From Candidatus Altiarchaeales archaeon (lineage in GTDB: Archaea > Altiarchaeota > Altiarchaeia > IMC4 > SCGC-AAA252-I15): 64,000 nucleotides of DNA. The notes beneath the pieces are model-generated. The model made no database searches. It had not been told where the DNA came from and was given only the letters and a program-made list of their open reading frames with translations. The stretch's first letter is position 1, and each line of letters opens with the position of its first letter. Shown one piece after another: positions 1-16,614 of this stretch. The translations under genes were made by a program, and so were the position numbers. The stretch covers positions 1 through 64,000 of the forward strand of contig WJMO01000011.1 of NCBI GenBank assembly GCA_014727915.1, in the 5' to 3' direction.

Positions 1-1
1 C

Positions 2-6319
<6,318 letters not shown>

Positions 6320-6322
6320 AGC

Positions 6323-6367
6323 GTTTACTTGGCTTTCGCCAATTTTTTTGGTGAAAGTCAAGCAAAC
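6323..6367 (+). terminator. 20-bp stem / 5-nt loop hairpin just after the stop codon
   Basis: gtttacttggctttcgccaa-ttttt-ttggtgaaagtcaagcaaac pairs with two G:U pairs and one mismatch. Confidence 0.55.
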
Positions 6368-6429
6368 ACTTAATTTTTAATAAACCACTATTATTCTCAA
6401 AAGGATATTAAAGGGTTAAAATATGCAAA

Positions 6430-6560
6430 AACACATAAAAATAAACATTGTACACATTTTTAAAGGTGTGTTGTTCAATAAATAAAAATAAAATAGGCTA
6501 TTGTACAATTTTTAAGGGGTAAAACGAAAAGTAACTTACCGTGTGTGGTGGTTGTGCAAC
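6430..6560. promoter_or_regulatory. AT-rich promoter region with a direct repeat and four TTGTNCA boxes
   Basis: ataaaaataaa...attgtaca(c)atttttaa-gg occurs twice (about 6435 and 6482). TTGTNCA occurs at 6448, 6471, 6501 and 6552. Confidence 0.4.
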
Positions 6561-6680
6561 ATGTTGGATGAATGGTTGGCTAAGTGGGTTGAGAAACTGA
6601 ACGCTAGACTTCTAGGAACCAAACCAGCCCCGGCTATCTGCACACAAACTAAGTCTAAAAACCTATTGGAGAAGAGGTAA
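6561..6680 (+). CDS. Putative 39-aa small protein or leader peptide (MLDEWLAKWVEKLNARLLGTKPAPAICTQTKSKNLLEKR)
   Basis: The ATG is preceded by a GGTGG SD-like motif, and the stop lies 5 nt before the next ATG. It is below the ORF-track length cut-off. Confidence 0.4.
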   Translation: MLDEWLAKWVEKLNARLLGTKPAPAICTQTKSKNLLEKR

Positions 6681-6685
6681 ACCAA

Positions 6686-9600
6686 ATGAAAAAACAAAAA
6701 AACAAAGGAAGCAACTGTGACGGCTGTAGACAAACGAAAACCCACACGGGCAACCATGGAATATGGCACAAACTCATGCTCACAAGCCTCGCACTACTCC
6801 TAATAACCTCACTCTCCAATAGCGTAAGCGCCACCTCGGATGTTTGGGTTAACAATGACGGGTGTAACTCCAACGTTGACGCATATTTCTCCCCCGGTGA
6901 CACCGTATACATCAACGCTGAAGTACCTAACACAGTATTTGAAAGGCCTGTTGAATGGAAAATAGTCAAAAATTCAGACAGCAGTCTCGTAGCTTCAGGC
7001 GAATATATTGACTCTGGTGGCGACTTTTGCATAGAAGATGAAATGGGATCATATGATGATGCATATGCTGTTCAACCCGGCGACAGTGGAACGTACACTG
7101 TATCTGTGAGAAAGAAAAGATGTTTTATTGGTTGTTGGTGGACTGACTGGGAATCAACAGAATATATTGTATGTTCCGGTTCCGATGTTGATGGAGACTA
7201 TTATTCCACAAGCGCAGCCGATGAAGGCACTAACTGTTGTGGCTCTGCGAGAGGCGAGCAATGTCTATCAGGACTAGACTGTGACGATAATGATAATACT
7301 CTATATCCTAGCCAGGATTGTGGTGTGTGCGCTATCTGCGATGATGCTGGCGACTGTGTCTTCGATGACTCTCAGGACAACGACTGCTCTGGCAACGACA
7401 TAGTTGGCGTGGAAACATGCTACAATGACCCCGATGATGCTAAGGACTTCACTTGGGACTACCGTGAAGAGTTCATAAGCGAATGTTCAGATGTGGCTTC
7501 TGATAATGGTTTCAGCTGTACAACTGGTAATGAAACGATAACCCACGCATGCGATAAAGACACTAATGGTTGCGGAGCAGAGTGCGAGGATGACGACGAC
7601 TGCTATGACATGTGTGCAGTAGGCACTCCAGGACTCTTGATGACCGGCGGAACCTGTAATGGACTGCCTGGATGCGACTGCACCTATTCAGGATCAACAG
7701 ACTGTAACAGCCTAGACTGCTCAGAGCAATTATACATACAGGTCTTCGAGGACGAGGCAACCTGTATGGGAGCAGACTTCATGTGTGAAGTAGTAGTCGA
7801 TGGTGAAGACTCATGTATCGTCGACGATACGACGGAATGTTCAGAAACAATAACCTGTGACATGGACGCCGAATGCGAAGAACTAACCTGCGGAACGGAT
7901 GCATCAGTCTGCCACGTGGGAGACAGCGGCTTGGAATGGTACGGTGGCAGCCTCACAGACCTTCAAGGCGAAGGTGAAGGTATATGTTGCGACGGCGTAG
8001 ACAACGACTGTGACGGTCTCATAGATTGTGCAGATGATGATTGTGCTGGCGAGCCTGAGTGTGAGCAGCCATCTTGTCCTAGTGGGATGACCCGGACAGT
8101 TGATCCAATAGAAACTGTAGCTGTGGACAGCTCACTTGCTGCTGGAGTAGACTCGACAAAGACGTTGATTTCGGGAATGGACTACTTGCTTGTGGCAAGC
8201 AGTACATATAAATACTCTGATGGAGAAAACGACAAGCAGGCTGACGCAGAATACCAGACAATAGATTCATGGCTGAATTTAAGGACGGACCTTGACGACT
8301 CCATACTCGATTTGCTCGTGAACGAAGTCAACTACGATTTCGGATGCTACAGAGACAGCCACGAATACAAATACCTGTACTCACCAAGCACGACAGGAAC
8401 AGTCAATTTCCTGGTGAGTGACTGGTTCGGAACTGGATGGCCAAAATGCAACGACCAGTCATGCATAGACGACAACTCAGACTCCCTGACAGTTGACATT
8501 TACTGCTGCGCGGACGAGCCGGGAGAGGAGGTCTCATGCGATGACGGTTTGGACAACGACTGCGATAACCTAATCGACTGCGAGGACCCGGGCTGCGCTG
8601 GAGAGATGGGTCCTGGGGATGTTCAGTGCTGTCAGGATGACAATGACAATGACTGCAGCGGCTCATTGCCCGCGGTATTCCAGTGTGACTACGATCCCGA
8701 TGACAACGATAACACCTGGGACTTCCACCCGATGGAACCCTTCGTATGCGAGGACAACGTGTGCACAGACCCTGGTTATAACCCGAACACGTGGGAGCAC
8801 ACCTGCGCAGACGATGACGACACTGATGGTATTGCGATGTTCGGCAGTGAGACAAAGAAATGCGGCGCCGAATGCGACCAGGACAGCGACTGTGATGACA
8901 CGATATGCTGGGACGGCTGCCTTGATGGTAAGACTCTCATACTCTGCCCGGACCTGACAAACGACTGTGATGCCGGCTGCGAGTGCGAGGACAACCAGTG
9001 TCCGCTGCCTTCGACTCAGGCATGTGAGCCGATTGGCCACAACCCCGACGGCGACGACATCGACACTGAATGCGGCGACAACTGCCCGGACATGGCCAAC
9101 AACGACCAGGTAGACACTGACGGCGACGGGTTAGGTGACGTATGTGACCTATGCGACGAGCACAGGGACACACTGATACTGTTAAGCGGTGAAGGCCCGG
9201 ATGAAGTCCCGCTAACATTCATACACACTGCGTGGACGGCCAACATACCCGGAGCAACCTGGGTGTGGAGCGAAGACCCCATATCCGACACGACAGTTGA
9301 AGTCGAGGAAGAGTTCACCCGGACATTCTACGTGATGAACGACCTGGACTCCGCCATACTCGACATAGCAGCAGACAACTCATACGAGGTCTACGTAAAC
9401 GGCGACCTAGCATGCGATGACCAGACCGAGAAGAACTTCAACCTAGCAGGCCAGGACCAGTGCGACCTAACCTCATACATGGACTTGGACGCTGAAAACA
9501 CAGTAACCTTCAAGGTGAAGAACTGGGCCGTGCCAGGAAGCACATACACAAGCAACCCAGCAGGCCTACTATACAAGCTGGTCATAACCTACGCCAGAAT

Positions 9601-11800
9601 AGACACTGACGGCGACGGACTCGGAGACGCATGCGACCCATGCCCCTATGACGCAGGCAACGACGCCGACAATGACGGATACTGCGCAGCCAGCTGCGAC
9701 CTCTATCCAGAAGAAGAACCACAGCCTCCAGGGGTCGTATTAGACCAGCCGGTCACATTCCTCGACTGCGGCGACTGCAACGACAACAACCCAGACGCCA
9801 ATCCGGGGATGGCCGAAGTATGCGATGACTGCTTCGACAACGACTGCAACGGATACGCAGACTGCGACGAGCCCGAAGCGTGCATTAACGCCATGGACGA
9901 GAACGACAAGCTCATGTGCCAGATGCCCTCCTGCCCGGTAGTCGATACCGAACTGGTCAGCCTAGAGCTCATATCGACGGTTCCGGTCAACGTAGGGCCG
10001 TCATACACGGACACCTACGGTCCATACACGAGCCCGAGCATGTGGTACATATTAAAGCCCATGGGAACCTACGACTACGGCCCCAAGATGGCCGACGCCG
10101 AATGCAGCGACAGGCCCCTTTCAAGCTACGGGCCAGGATGGAGGAAAGGCGAGGACGTGTTCCCCTCAGTAGTCGGACTGGACGTGCAAGTCAACGACAA
10201 CAACATAAACTGGGGCGGATTCAACTCGGCCCACACATACTACGACCTCCAGCCGGGAACCGACGACAACGTCAAATTCAGCGTATACGACAACCAATAC
10301 GCGGACAATATCGGACCGTTGAACGTCGAAGTATGGGCTTGCTGCTACGACCATGACATGGACGAATACTATGACCAGGACCAGCCCGGATGCTGTGTGA
10401 ACCCGGAAGAATACTATGATCTAGACGCCGCCCCGCCGGCCGAGCCTGAAGTAGTATTGTGCGACAACTGCATGGGGTTAGACAACAATCAAACCGACAC
10501 CGACTTTGACGGCATCGGAGACGCCTGCGACTGTGGTGCTGACGAACTATGCACGGCAGAGCAGTACTGCATAGACATGCAGACCCCAGACCCGGACTGC
10601 GACATAGACGATGACGGAGTGGCAAACCCGGATGATAACTGCGTGAACACACCCAATGGTCCTGACCTCGGTACCTGCGAGGGCGGTGAATACGACGGGG
10701 AACTATGTAACACAAACCCCACCGCATTGCCTGGTACCACAGTCCGGTCAGATTGTGGAAGCGGGACGTGCAGCATGAACCAGGAGGACTCTGACCAGGA
10801 TGGCATAGGCGACGTCTGCGACCCGGACGCCGACGGCGACGGAGTCACAGGATGCGGGAAGGAACAGGAACCAAATGCAGCTCCTGGATTCCAAGCCAGC
10901 ACCACCACGACCCTAGCTGGGCCGTGCGACTGCGATGACGTGGCAATAGACGACGAAGGATGCCCCGACTCCGTCGAGGGATGCACTGAGGAGACCGCAG
11001 GATGCGCGATATGCACACACCCCGGCGCCGACGACCCCCTGAACGACGGAATTGACAGCAACTGCGTCAACAACCCGCCCGTGTGCGCGATCAACGACCC
11101 GACTGCAGGCACGACCTACGTGCACATGAGCGCGCCAGTCGACGTCAACTTCCTAGGCGGAATAGGCGACGAGGAAGACTGCCTCGACATAGTGTGGGAC
11201 TTCGGCAACGGCAACACATGGGAAGGGAACAACTGCGAGCCGGACATAGTCCCAGCAGGCTTACCGGGAATGTCGGGAATGCCAGGGGACAACGAGACCG
11301 AGGAGCCCAGTACCTATGATGGAGTGGGCACGTTCACCATAACACTGACCGTCACCGAGAACAACGACACTGCAGTCAACCCGGGAGCCAGCGACAGCGA
11401 TACGGTGGACATCTTCATAATGAAGGAGCGGAAGCGCACGACGACCACTTTAGCGCCTCCGACGACCGTGCCTTCACCTCCGACCACGCAGCCGCCGTCT
11501 CCGCCGACGACCGTTCCGTCTCCGCCGACGACGCTCCCAGCACCTACAACGACCCTCTCAAGGCCTGCTCCGCCCAGCACGTTAGCGACTGTGACAGGGT
11601 CTGAAGTGGAAGGCGAGGAGCCGGGCGTTATCGGTTACGCGGCAGCGCCAATAGACTACAACGCGGTATTCAAGAGCAGCGGATTCAGGAACCTGATGGT
11701 ACTGCTCATACTGATAGCGGGCTATGGCACCTGGGCCAGAGACACCCAGCTCAAAAACCGCGCAGCCGCCGCGTCTCAGGGCAAGAAGAAAGGAAAGTAA
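6686..11800 (+). CDS. Giant Cys/Asp-rich cell-surface protein, paralog of the upstream gene
   Basis: N-terminal signal peptide (LMLTSLALLLITSLSNSVSA). It has the same MopE-like and TSP3-like repeats, the same IAADNSYEVxVN beta-sandwich module, a PKD-like YVHMSAPV module, a Pro/Thr linker and a C-terminal TM. Confidence 0.88.
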   Translation: MKKQKNKGSNCDGCRQTKTHTGNHGIWHKLMLTSLALLLITSLSNSVSATSDVWVNNDGCNSNVDAYFSPGDTVYINAEVPNTVFERPVEWKIVKNSDSSLVASGEYIDSGGDFCIEDEMGSYDDAYAVQPGDSGTYTVSVRKKRCFIGCWWTDWESTEYIVCSGSDVDGDYYSTSAADEGTNCCGSARGEQCLSGLDCDDNDNTLYPSQDCGVCAICDDAGDCVFDDSQDNDCSGNDIVGVETCYNDPDDAKDFTWDYREEFISECSDVASDNGFSCTTGNETITHACDKDTNGCGAECEDDDDCYDMCAVGTPGLLMTGGTCNGLPGCDCTYSGSTDCNSLDCSEQLYIQVFEDEATCMGADFMCEVVVDGEDSCIVDDTTECSETITCDMDAECEELTCGTDASVCHVGDSGLEWYGGSLTDLQGEGEGICCDGVDNDCDGLIDCADDDCAGEPECEQPSCPSGMTRTVDPIETVAVDSSLAAGVDSTKTLISGMDYLLVASSTYKYSDGENDKQADAEYQTIDSWLNLRTDLDDSILDLLVNEVNYDFGCYRDSHEYKYLYSPSTTGTVNFLVSDWFGTGWPKCNDQSCIDDNSDSLTVDIYCCADEPGEEVSCDDGLDNDCDNLIDCEDPGCAGEMGPGDVQCCQDDNDNDCSGSLPAVFQCDYDPDDNDNTWDFHPMEPFVCEDNVCTDPGYNPNTWEHTCADDDDTDGIAMFGSETKKCGAECDQDSDCDDTICWDGCLDGKTLILCPDLTNDCDAGCECEDNQCPLPSTQACEPIGHNPDGDDIDTECGDNCPDMANNDQVDTDGDGLGDVCDLCDEHRDTLILLSGEGPDEVPLTFIHTAWTANIPGATWVWSEDPISDTTVEVEEEFTRTFYVMNDLDSAILDIAADNSYEVYVNGDLACDDQTEKNFNLAGQDQCDLTSYMDLDAENTVTFKVKNWAVPGSTYTSNPAGLLYKLVITYARIDTDGDGLGDACDPCPYDAGNDADNDGYCAASCDLYPEEEPQPPGVVLDQPVTFLDCGDCNDNNPDANPGMAEVCDDCFDNDCNGYADCDEPEACINAMDENDKLMCQMPSCPVVDTELVSLELISTVPVNVGPSYTDTYGPYTSPSMWYILKPMGTYDYGPKMADAECSDRPLSSYGPGWRKGEDVFPSVVGLDVQVNDNNINWGGFNSAHTYYDLQPGTDDNVKFSVYDNQYADNIGPLNVEVWACCYDHDMDEYYDQDQPGCCVNPEEYYDLDAAPPAEPEVVLCDNCMGLDNNQTDTDFDGIGDACDCGADELCTAEQYCIDMQTPDPDCDIDDDGVANPDDNCVNTPNGPDLGTCEGGEYDGELCNTNPTALPGTTVRSDCGSGTCSMNQEDSDQDGIGDVCDPDADGDGVTGCGKEQEPNAAPGFQASTTTTLAGPCDCDDVAIDDEGCPDSVEGCTEETAGCAICTHPGADDPLNDGIDSNCVNNPPVCAINDPTAGTTYVHMSAPVDVNFLGGIGDEEDCLDIVWDFGNGNTWEGNNCEPDIVPAGLPGMSGMPGDNETEEPSTYDGVGTFTITLTVTENNDTAVNPGASDSDTVDIFIMKERKRTTTTLAPPTTVPSPPTTQPPSPPTTVPSPPTTLPAPTTTLSRPAPPSTLATVTGSEVEGEEPGVIGYAAAPIDYNAVFKSSGFRNLMVLLILIAGYGTWARDTQLKNRAAAASQGKKKGK

Positions 11801-11837
11801 GCCTCCCAGGGCTTACTACCCCCTTTTCTTTTATCTT
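11797..11837 (+). terminator. Short hairpin plus pyrimidine tract
   Basis: gtaagcc...ggcttac stem followed by ccccttttcttttatcttc. Confidence 0.4.
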
Positions 11838-11868
11838 CTGCCGCCTTAATTATGGTAGAGTGCATTCT

Positions 11869-14800
11869 ATGAAAAAACCGGCATATGCGCTAGCTCTGCT
11901 TCTCCTTACTGGGTGTGTGACCGCATCGCCGCCCATGATGTGGGAGTTCAGGGCTCGAGGCTCGATATACACGGACGTAATCGTGGAAGACAGCATAGTC
12001 TACTTCGGGTCGTCGGGGGGCATACTATACGCTCTGAACAAGTCCACGGGACATCTGATATGGAACTACACGTCCACGGCGGGCATCTACTCCACGCCAG
12101 CCATCACTGATGATATGCTCATATTCGGATGCGACAACCACATAGTCTACGCTGTCAACAAGTCAAACGGCCACAGGATATGGACCTTCCTCACAGAGGA
12201 CAAGATACGCTCCTCCCCCACTGTCTCAGATGGCGTGGTCTATGTTGGCAGCGACGACGGGAACCTCTACGCCCTGAAAGAATCCAGCGGTAAGCACCTA
12301 TGGAACATATACATAGGCTACAGGATCCAGTCCAGGCCGCTGACCGAGGACTGGAAGTTCTACTTCGGAGCCGCCGACCGGAAAGCCTACGCGGCAAGCA
12401 AGATAACCGGGGGACTGCTGTGGAACATATCCGCCCGCGGACTGCTCAACTCCGACCCGGCGATGTACAAGGACATAATCTACTTCACATCGTCCGACAA
12501 GCGAATATACGCGTTGGACAAGTACACCGGCGACCACCTGTGGAATTTCACCACCAACGGCAGCCTACAGGGAGACCCGATAGTATCCGGGGAAAACGTC
12601 ATATTCGCCAGCCGAGACACGAACGTATACAGTCTGAACTCCTACTTCGGCGACCTAGTCTGGGCGACCTCACTCAACGAGAGCGTCTACGCCACCCCCC
12701 TAGTACAGGATGGCCGTGTGTACGTGGGAGCTGGAGACATAGCCTACGAATTGGACGAGAAGACCGGAGAGGTGCTGATGGCCATAAACGCGTCAGGCAG
12801 GATACGGCAGATGATGGCAGTATCGGACGGCATCTACTATATCCCCTCTGGCTCCTATCTGAGGGCATACGGTGGAACCCCCGAGATAGGGATAGCCGAT
12901 GTGAGAGTGGGTCCCCGGATACCCGTGGCCGGCAGGCCCTTCAATATCAACGTGACCCTGAAGAACTATGGGAATGCCATAGCCGCGGACTTCATAGTGG
13001 ACGTTTACCTGGACAGGGAGAACATATCCAACCGGAAGATCACCCTGAGGGCTGGGCAGGAGAGGACGATCTCGGTGAAGGTCAGCGCAGTCTACGGAAG
13101 CCACCTATTGGAGGTCATACTCGACCCCGATGAAGAGGTCATAGAATCTAACAAGTCAAACAACCGCCTTGGCGTTGTCTTCACAGCCACCTCGGACTGG
13201 CCCACCTTCCAGATGAACCGGAACCGCACTGGCAGCTACAACCTCAAAGACGACTACGATAGGAGGCACATGACCTTCAGGTGGACGTGCAAGCTAAACA
13301 CGACCAACCACACCCTCAGGGACGTCACATACCTACTAGAGCACCTCAACACCACCGACCGATTCAGCCTGGAGGATTTCGTCCTGAACCACACATGCTA
13401 CACCTACCAGTCAAGGGGATACCCAATACCCCGGATTTTTTCCAACTGGTCCTGCACGCCCACCAACGTGAACCTGACATTGGAGGACAACTTCAACGAT
13501 ATACGGAAGTATCTGATGGCACATGCGAAAGCCCAGGCGAACTCTACCCTCAAGAACCACATGACAACCCATGGGTTCAACATAACCGACTTCGAGATCG
13601 ACTTCAAATGCAAGACCACAGGCAATGACGTGATACCCCTGGCGGAGGAGATGCTGCGTTGGAAGTGCAGGGGACGCACAGGCTTCGAACCCACACCCAA
13701 CAATCTCTCAGAGGGGTGGACGTGCAGCACAACATACTACAGCAACTACTCCCTCCAGGACCTAACTGAGATGATGGGCTACGGATTGGCTGACAAGGTC
13801 GTGGAAAAGCGCAGGAAGATAACACTCAAGGATTTCACCCTCCTATGGGAGCACATTTCAGGGGGCAAGATAACGGCTTCTCCCCTTGCAGTCGACTTGG
13901 ACGGCAGCGGGGACGGGATGCTAGAGGTCCTCACCGCATCCTACGACGGCTATGTCACAGTTCTCGGCTCATCGGGGTCCGTCAAATGGACGACGGACTT
14001 GAAGGGCAAAGTCCATGGCATCTCAGCCCATGACCTGGAGGGTGACGGGCTCATCGAGATACTAGCAGGGCTGTTGGACGGCAGGGTACTGTGCCTCAAC
14101 CACACTGGGGATGTCAGGTGGGAATACGCTACCGGGGGTCCCGTCACCTCAACCCCAATGGCTCATGATGTGGACAGCACACCCGAGCTCGAGGTGGTGT
14201 TCGGCTCCGGCGACGAGTACATCTACGCCATCGACTACATGGGCATGCTCGTATGGTCTTATCCCACCACCGACGATGTCATATCAACCCCCGCCCTGGG
14301 GGATGTTGACGGCGACGGCACGGTCGAGATAATCGTCGGCACGAGGGAGAACACGGTATACGCGCTGAACACGCCCCCCTATAAGCTGTGGATGTACCAG
14401 ACCAACGGGGACCTGATAGGGGCTCCAACGGTCGCCCACACATACTCGACCAGGTCGACGGACATAATCATCGCCTCCGCGGACGGGAGCTTATACGACC
14501 TATACAAGACATCAGCGGGCCAGGAGGACATGACCCGTGTCTGCGGTCCCGACGGTTGCGAGCGCGTGGGAGTCGCGAAGACGAGGTTGAAACCCAGATG
14601 GGTTTTCACCACAGAGGATGCGATAGAGTCCTCTCCTGCGGTGGAGGACCTGGACGGGGACGGAAAGGCCGAAATAGTATTCGGCAGCACGGACCACAAC
14701 ATATACGTGATAAACAGCTCGGGAGAGCGGCTTATGAGGTATACGACGGGCGGTCCCATACGCTCTTCTCCTGCCATCGCCGACCTGGACTACGATGGCT

Positions 14801-15330
14801 TTCCGGAGATAATACTGGGCGGTGACGAAGGCAAACTATACGTGATGAACCTGTCCGGGGTCGCGCTCTGGACCTTCAAACAGGACAGTTTCATCAGGTC
14901 TTCTCCTGCCATCGCCGACATAGACAATGATGGTGTTTTGGAGGTGATAGTCGGATGCGACAGCGGCAGAACCTACGTTTTCGGGCTGGGATCACAAGAT
15001 GCTCCCGGGCAGAAGCCCACCTCTACCACTGTGGCATCCGTGGACCCTACGACAACCACCCTCGCACAGGCCTCATCAACCACCCTAATGCCGGCTGAGA
15101 CCACCACGACAACAGTCGAAGACAAGGTCACTACCTCCACAACAGTCAAACCCAAGATGACTTCTACGACGGTGGCGGCATATTCCCCCTATGAGGATTT
15201 CAGGTTCCCCTCAAACAAGGTGGACCTGCTCGCCCTCACATTGTTCATGTCCATAATGGGCTACTTTTTCTTCATGATAATCCACCCCCGCCCAAGGTGG
15301 GCTCGGAAGAGCAGGCTGAAAGATTATTAG
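11869..15330 (+). CDS. Surface protein: PQQ/BamB-like beta-propeller + CARDB Ig-like domain + FG-GAP/VCBS-like propeller + Thr-rich stalk + C-terminal TM
   Basis: Repeats SxPxVxDGxVYxGSxDGxLYAL..TG..LW, a CARDB motif (LKNYG...DPDEEVIESNKSNN) and SSPAIADLDxDGxxEI repeats. It has a lipobox-like LLLTGC. Confidence 0.85.
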   Translation: MKKPAYALALLLLTGCVTASPPMMWEFRARGSIYTDVIVEDSIVYFGSSGGILYALNKSTGHLIWNYTSTAGIYSTPAITDDMLIFGCDNHIVYAVNKSNGHRIWTFLTEDKIRSSPTVSDGVVYVGSDDGNLYALKESSGKHLWNIYIGYRIQSRPLTEDWKFYFGAADRKAYAASKITGGLLWNISARGLLNSDPAMYKDIIYFTSSDKRIYALDKYTGDHLWNFTTNGSLQGDPIVSGENVIFASRDTNVYSLNSYFGDLVWATSLNESVYATPLVQDGRVYVGAGDIAYELDEKTGEVLMAINASGRIRQMMAVSDGIYYIPSGSYLRAYGGTPEIGIADVRVGPRIPVAGRPFNINVTLKNYGNAIAADFIVDVYLDRENISNRKITLRAGQERTISVKVSAVYGSHLLEVILDPDEEVIESNKSNNRLGVVFTATSDWPTFQMNRNRTGSYNLKDDYDRRHMTFRWTCKLNTTNHTLRDVTYLLEHLNTTDRFSLEDFVLNHTCYTYQSRGYPIPRIFSNWSCTPTNVNLTLEDNFNDIRKYLMAHAKAQANSTLKNHMTTHGFNITDFEIDFKCKTTGNDVIPLAEEMLRWKCRGRTGFEPTPNNLSEGWTCSTTYYSNYSLQDLTEMMGYGLADKVVEKRRKITLKDFTLLWEHISGGKITASPLAVDLDGSGDGMLEVLTASYDGYVTVLGSSGSVKWTTDLKGKVHGISAHDLEGDGLIEILAGLLDGRVLCLNHTGDVRWEYATGGPVTSTPMAHDVDSTPELEVVFGSGDEYIYAIDYMGMLVWSYPTTDDVISTPALGDVDGDGTVEIIVGTRENTVYALNTPPYKLWMYQTNGDLIGAPTVAHTYSTRSTDIIIASADGSLYDLYKTSAGQEDMTRVCGPDGCERVGVAKTRLKPRWVFTTEDAIESSPAVEDLDGDGKAEIVFGSTDHNIYVINSSGERLMRYTTGGPIRSSPAIADLDYDGFPEIILGGDEGKLYVMNLSGVALWTFKQDSFIRSSPAIADIDNDGVLEVIVGCDSGRTYVFGLGSQDAPGQKPTSTTVASVDPTTTTLAQASSTTLMPAETTTTTVEDKVTTSTTVKPKMTSTTVAAYSPYEDFRFPSNKVDLLALTLFMSIMGYFFFMIIHPRPRWARKSRLKDY

Positions 15331-16562
15331 CTCCTGTCTCGCGTGAACGGCATGAGTATCACGCTCACGCCCACAGCGGTTATCACAATGCCCACGGACG
15401 TAACCAGGTCGTTGAGCAATTCGGGGATGAATGCGAGTATCAACCCCAATGCGAGCATCATGAACCCGGACATAAGCTTCAGCATCCTGCCCTCGCCCTC
15501 GCCGAGCTTCCGGGAGCCCAGCGTCAACGTGAACACGAGGACGATCGTAAGGAGGGGCATCACGTAGACGAGGTTGTACAGTGCGAGATACATGTAGTTC
15601 TCAAGGGATGACAGGCCGCTCAACGTCAGGACTCTCGTGTAGACCATGGGAAGGCCCGCGGTGCAGAGTAGCTCGTAGGTGTTCGCCGCTACGGCGAGGA
15701 CTATCGTTCCCAATATCATCGACTGGAGCTCGGTTGCCTTGACAAGCGCCCTCATCCTCTTGAACAGTTTCGGCTTCGCGGACTCCGGGATGGAAAGCGA
15801 CGGCCCCTGCCTGAACCAGAACGCATCCTTTATGTTGAAAACTGCAACGGTGATGGCTACAACACCCGCCAATGTGGTGATGAGCCTTATCTCCTTCATC
15901 AGCAGGAAGAAGTTCAGCCAGGCGGACATGAAGATGAAGTATATGAGCCCCGAGAAGAAGACGAATATCAATCCTATCAAGAGCATCCTCCTCCTGCTCT
16001 TAGCGTGTATGAGCAGGCTCAACAGGAAGAACAGGACGAAGAACGCGCAGGGGTTGAACCCGTCCAAACCTCCCAGGACCACCGTGAACAGGGGCAGGGA
16101 AAGCTGGGACACCTCTACCTCCCCTATGAAGGGGATCTCCACGTTAACCTTCCCGGCGTCCGCGATGGTGCAGCCTGTGATGTTCTCGCCTTTTTCCAGC
16201 CGCTCATGGCACTCGAGTATGCTGTCCCTTATGATATTCCCCGATATGCTGTCGTCTATGTAGCCTATGTAGAGCCTGTCGCAGACCAGGGTTCCGGGCA
16301 CGCTGCTGGCTCCCCCTCCGCATTCCTCGATCTTCTCAGCGAACAGGAACGCGTTGTCACGGTCCTCCGACACCTCGAATTGCCTGACCTCGAGCCATGG
16401 AAACTCCGACATAAGCCCCTCAAGGAACGGTTTCTCCTCCGCGCAGTGGGGGCAAGTGTTCGAGTAGTAGAAGTCCACGACCACGGTCACATTCTCCAAT
16501 TGTTGGGCGTTAACCAACGGTGTGATAAGCAAAATCACGGATGCTAGGGCAAACCTGTTCAT
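15327..16562 (-). CDS. Thioredoxin/glutaredoxin domain fused to a CcdA/DsbD-like transmembrane domain
   Basis: Signal peptide and FYYSNTCPHC motif. The TM region carries DGFNPCAF and ELLCTAG, the conserved Cys pair. Confidence 0.8.
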   Translation of the reverse strand: MNRFALASVILLITPLVNAQQLENVTVVVDFYYSNTCPHCAEEKPFLEGLMSEFPWLEVRQFEVSEDRDNAFLFAEKIEECGGGASSVPGTLVCDRLYIGYIDDSISGNIIRDSILECHERLEKGENITGCTIADAGKVNVEIPFIGEVEVSQLSLPLFTVVLGGLDGFNPCAFFVLFFLLSLLIHAKSRRRMLLIGLIFVFFSGLIYFIFMSAWLNFFLLMKEIRLITTLAGVVAITVAVFNIKDAFWFRQGPSLSIPESAKPKLFKRMRALVKATELQSMILGTIVLAVAANTYELLCTAGLPMVYTRVLTLSGLSSLENYMYLALYNLVYVMPLLTIVLVFTLTLGSRKLGEGEGRMLKLMSGFMMLALGLILAFIPELLNDLVTSVGIVITAVGVSVILMPFTRDRS

Positions 16563-16614
16563 CGCATAAGATATGCGCGCAACGCTTATTAACCCTTATT
16601 CTGTATCTTATCCT

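Noticed and set aside
12300-13133. 277-aa alternate-frame ORF within the PQQ-repeat gene
   Set aside because: Arg/Pro-rich shadow frame with no recognisable motif.
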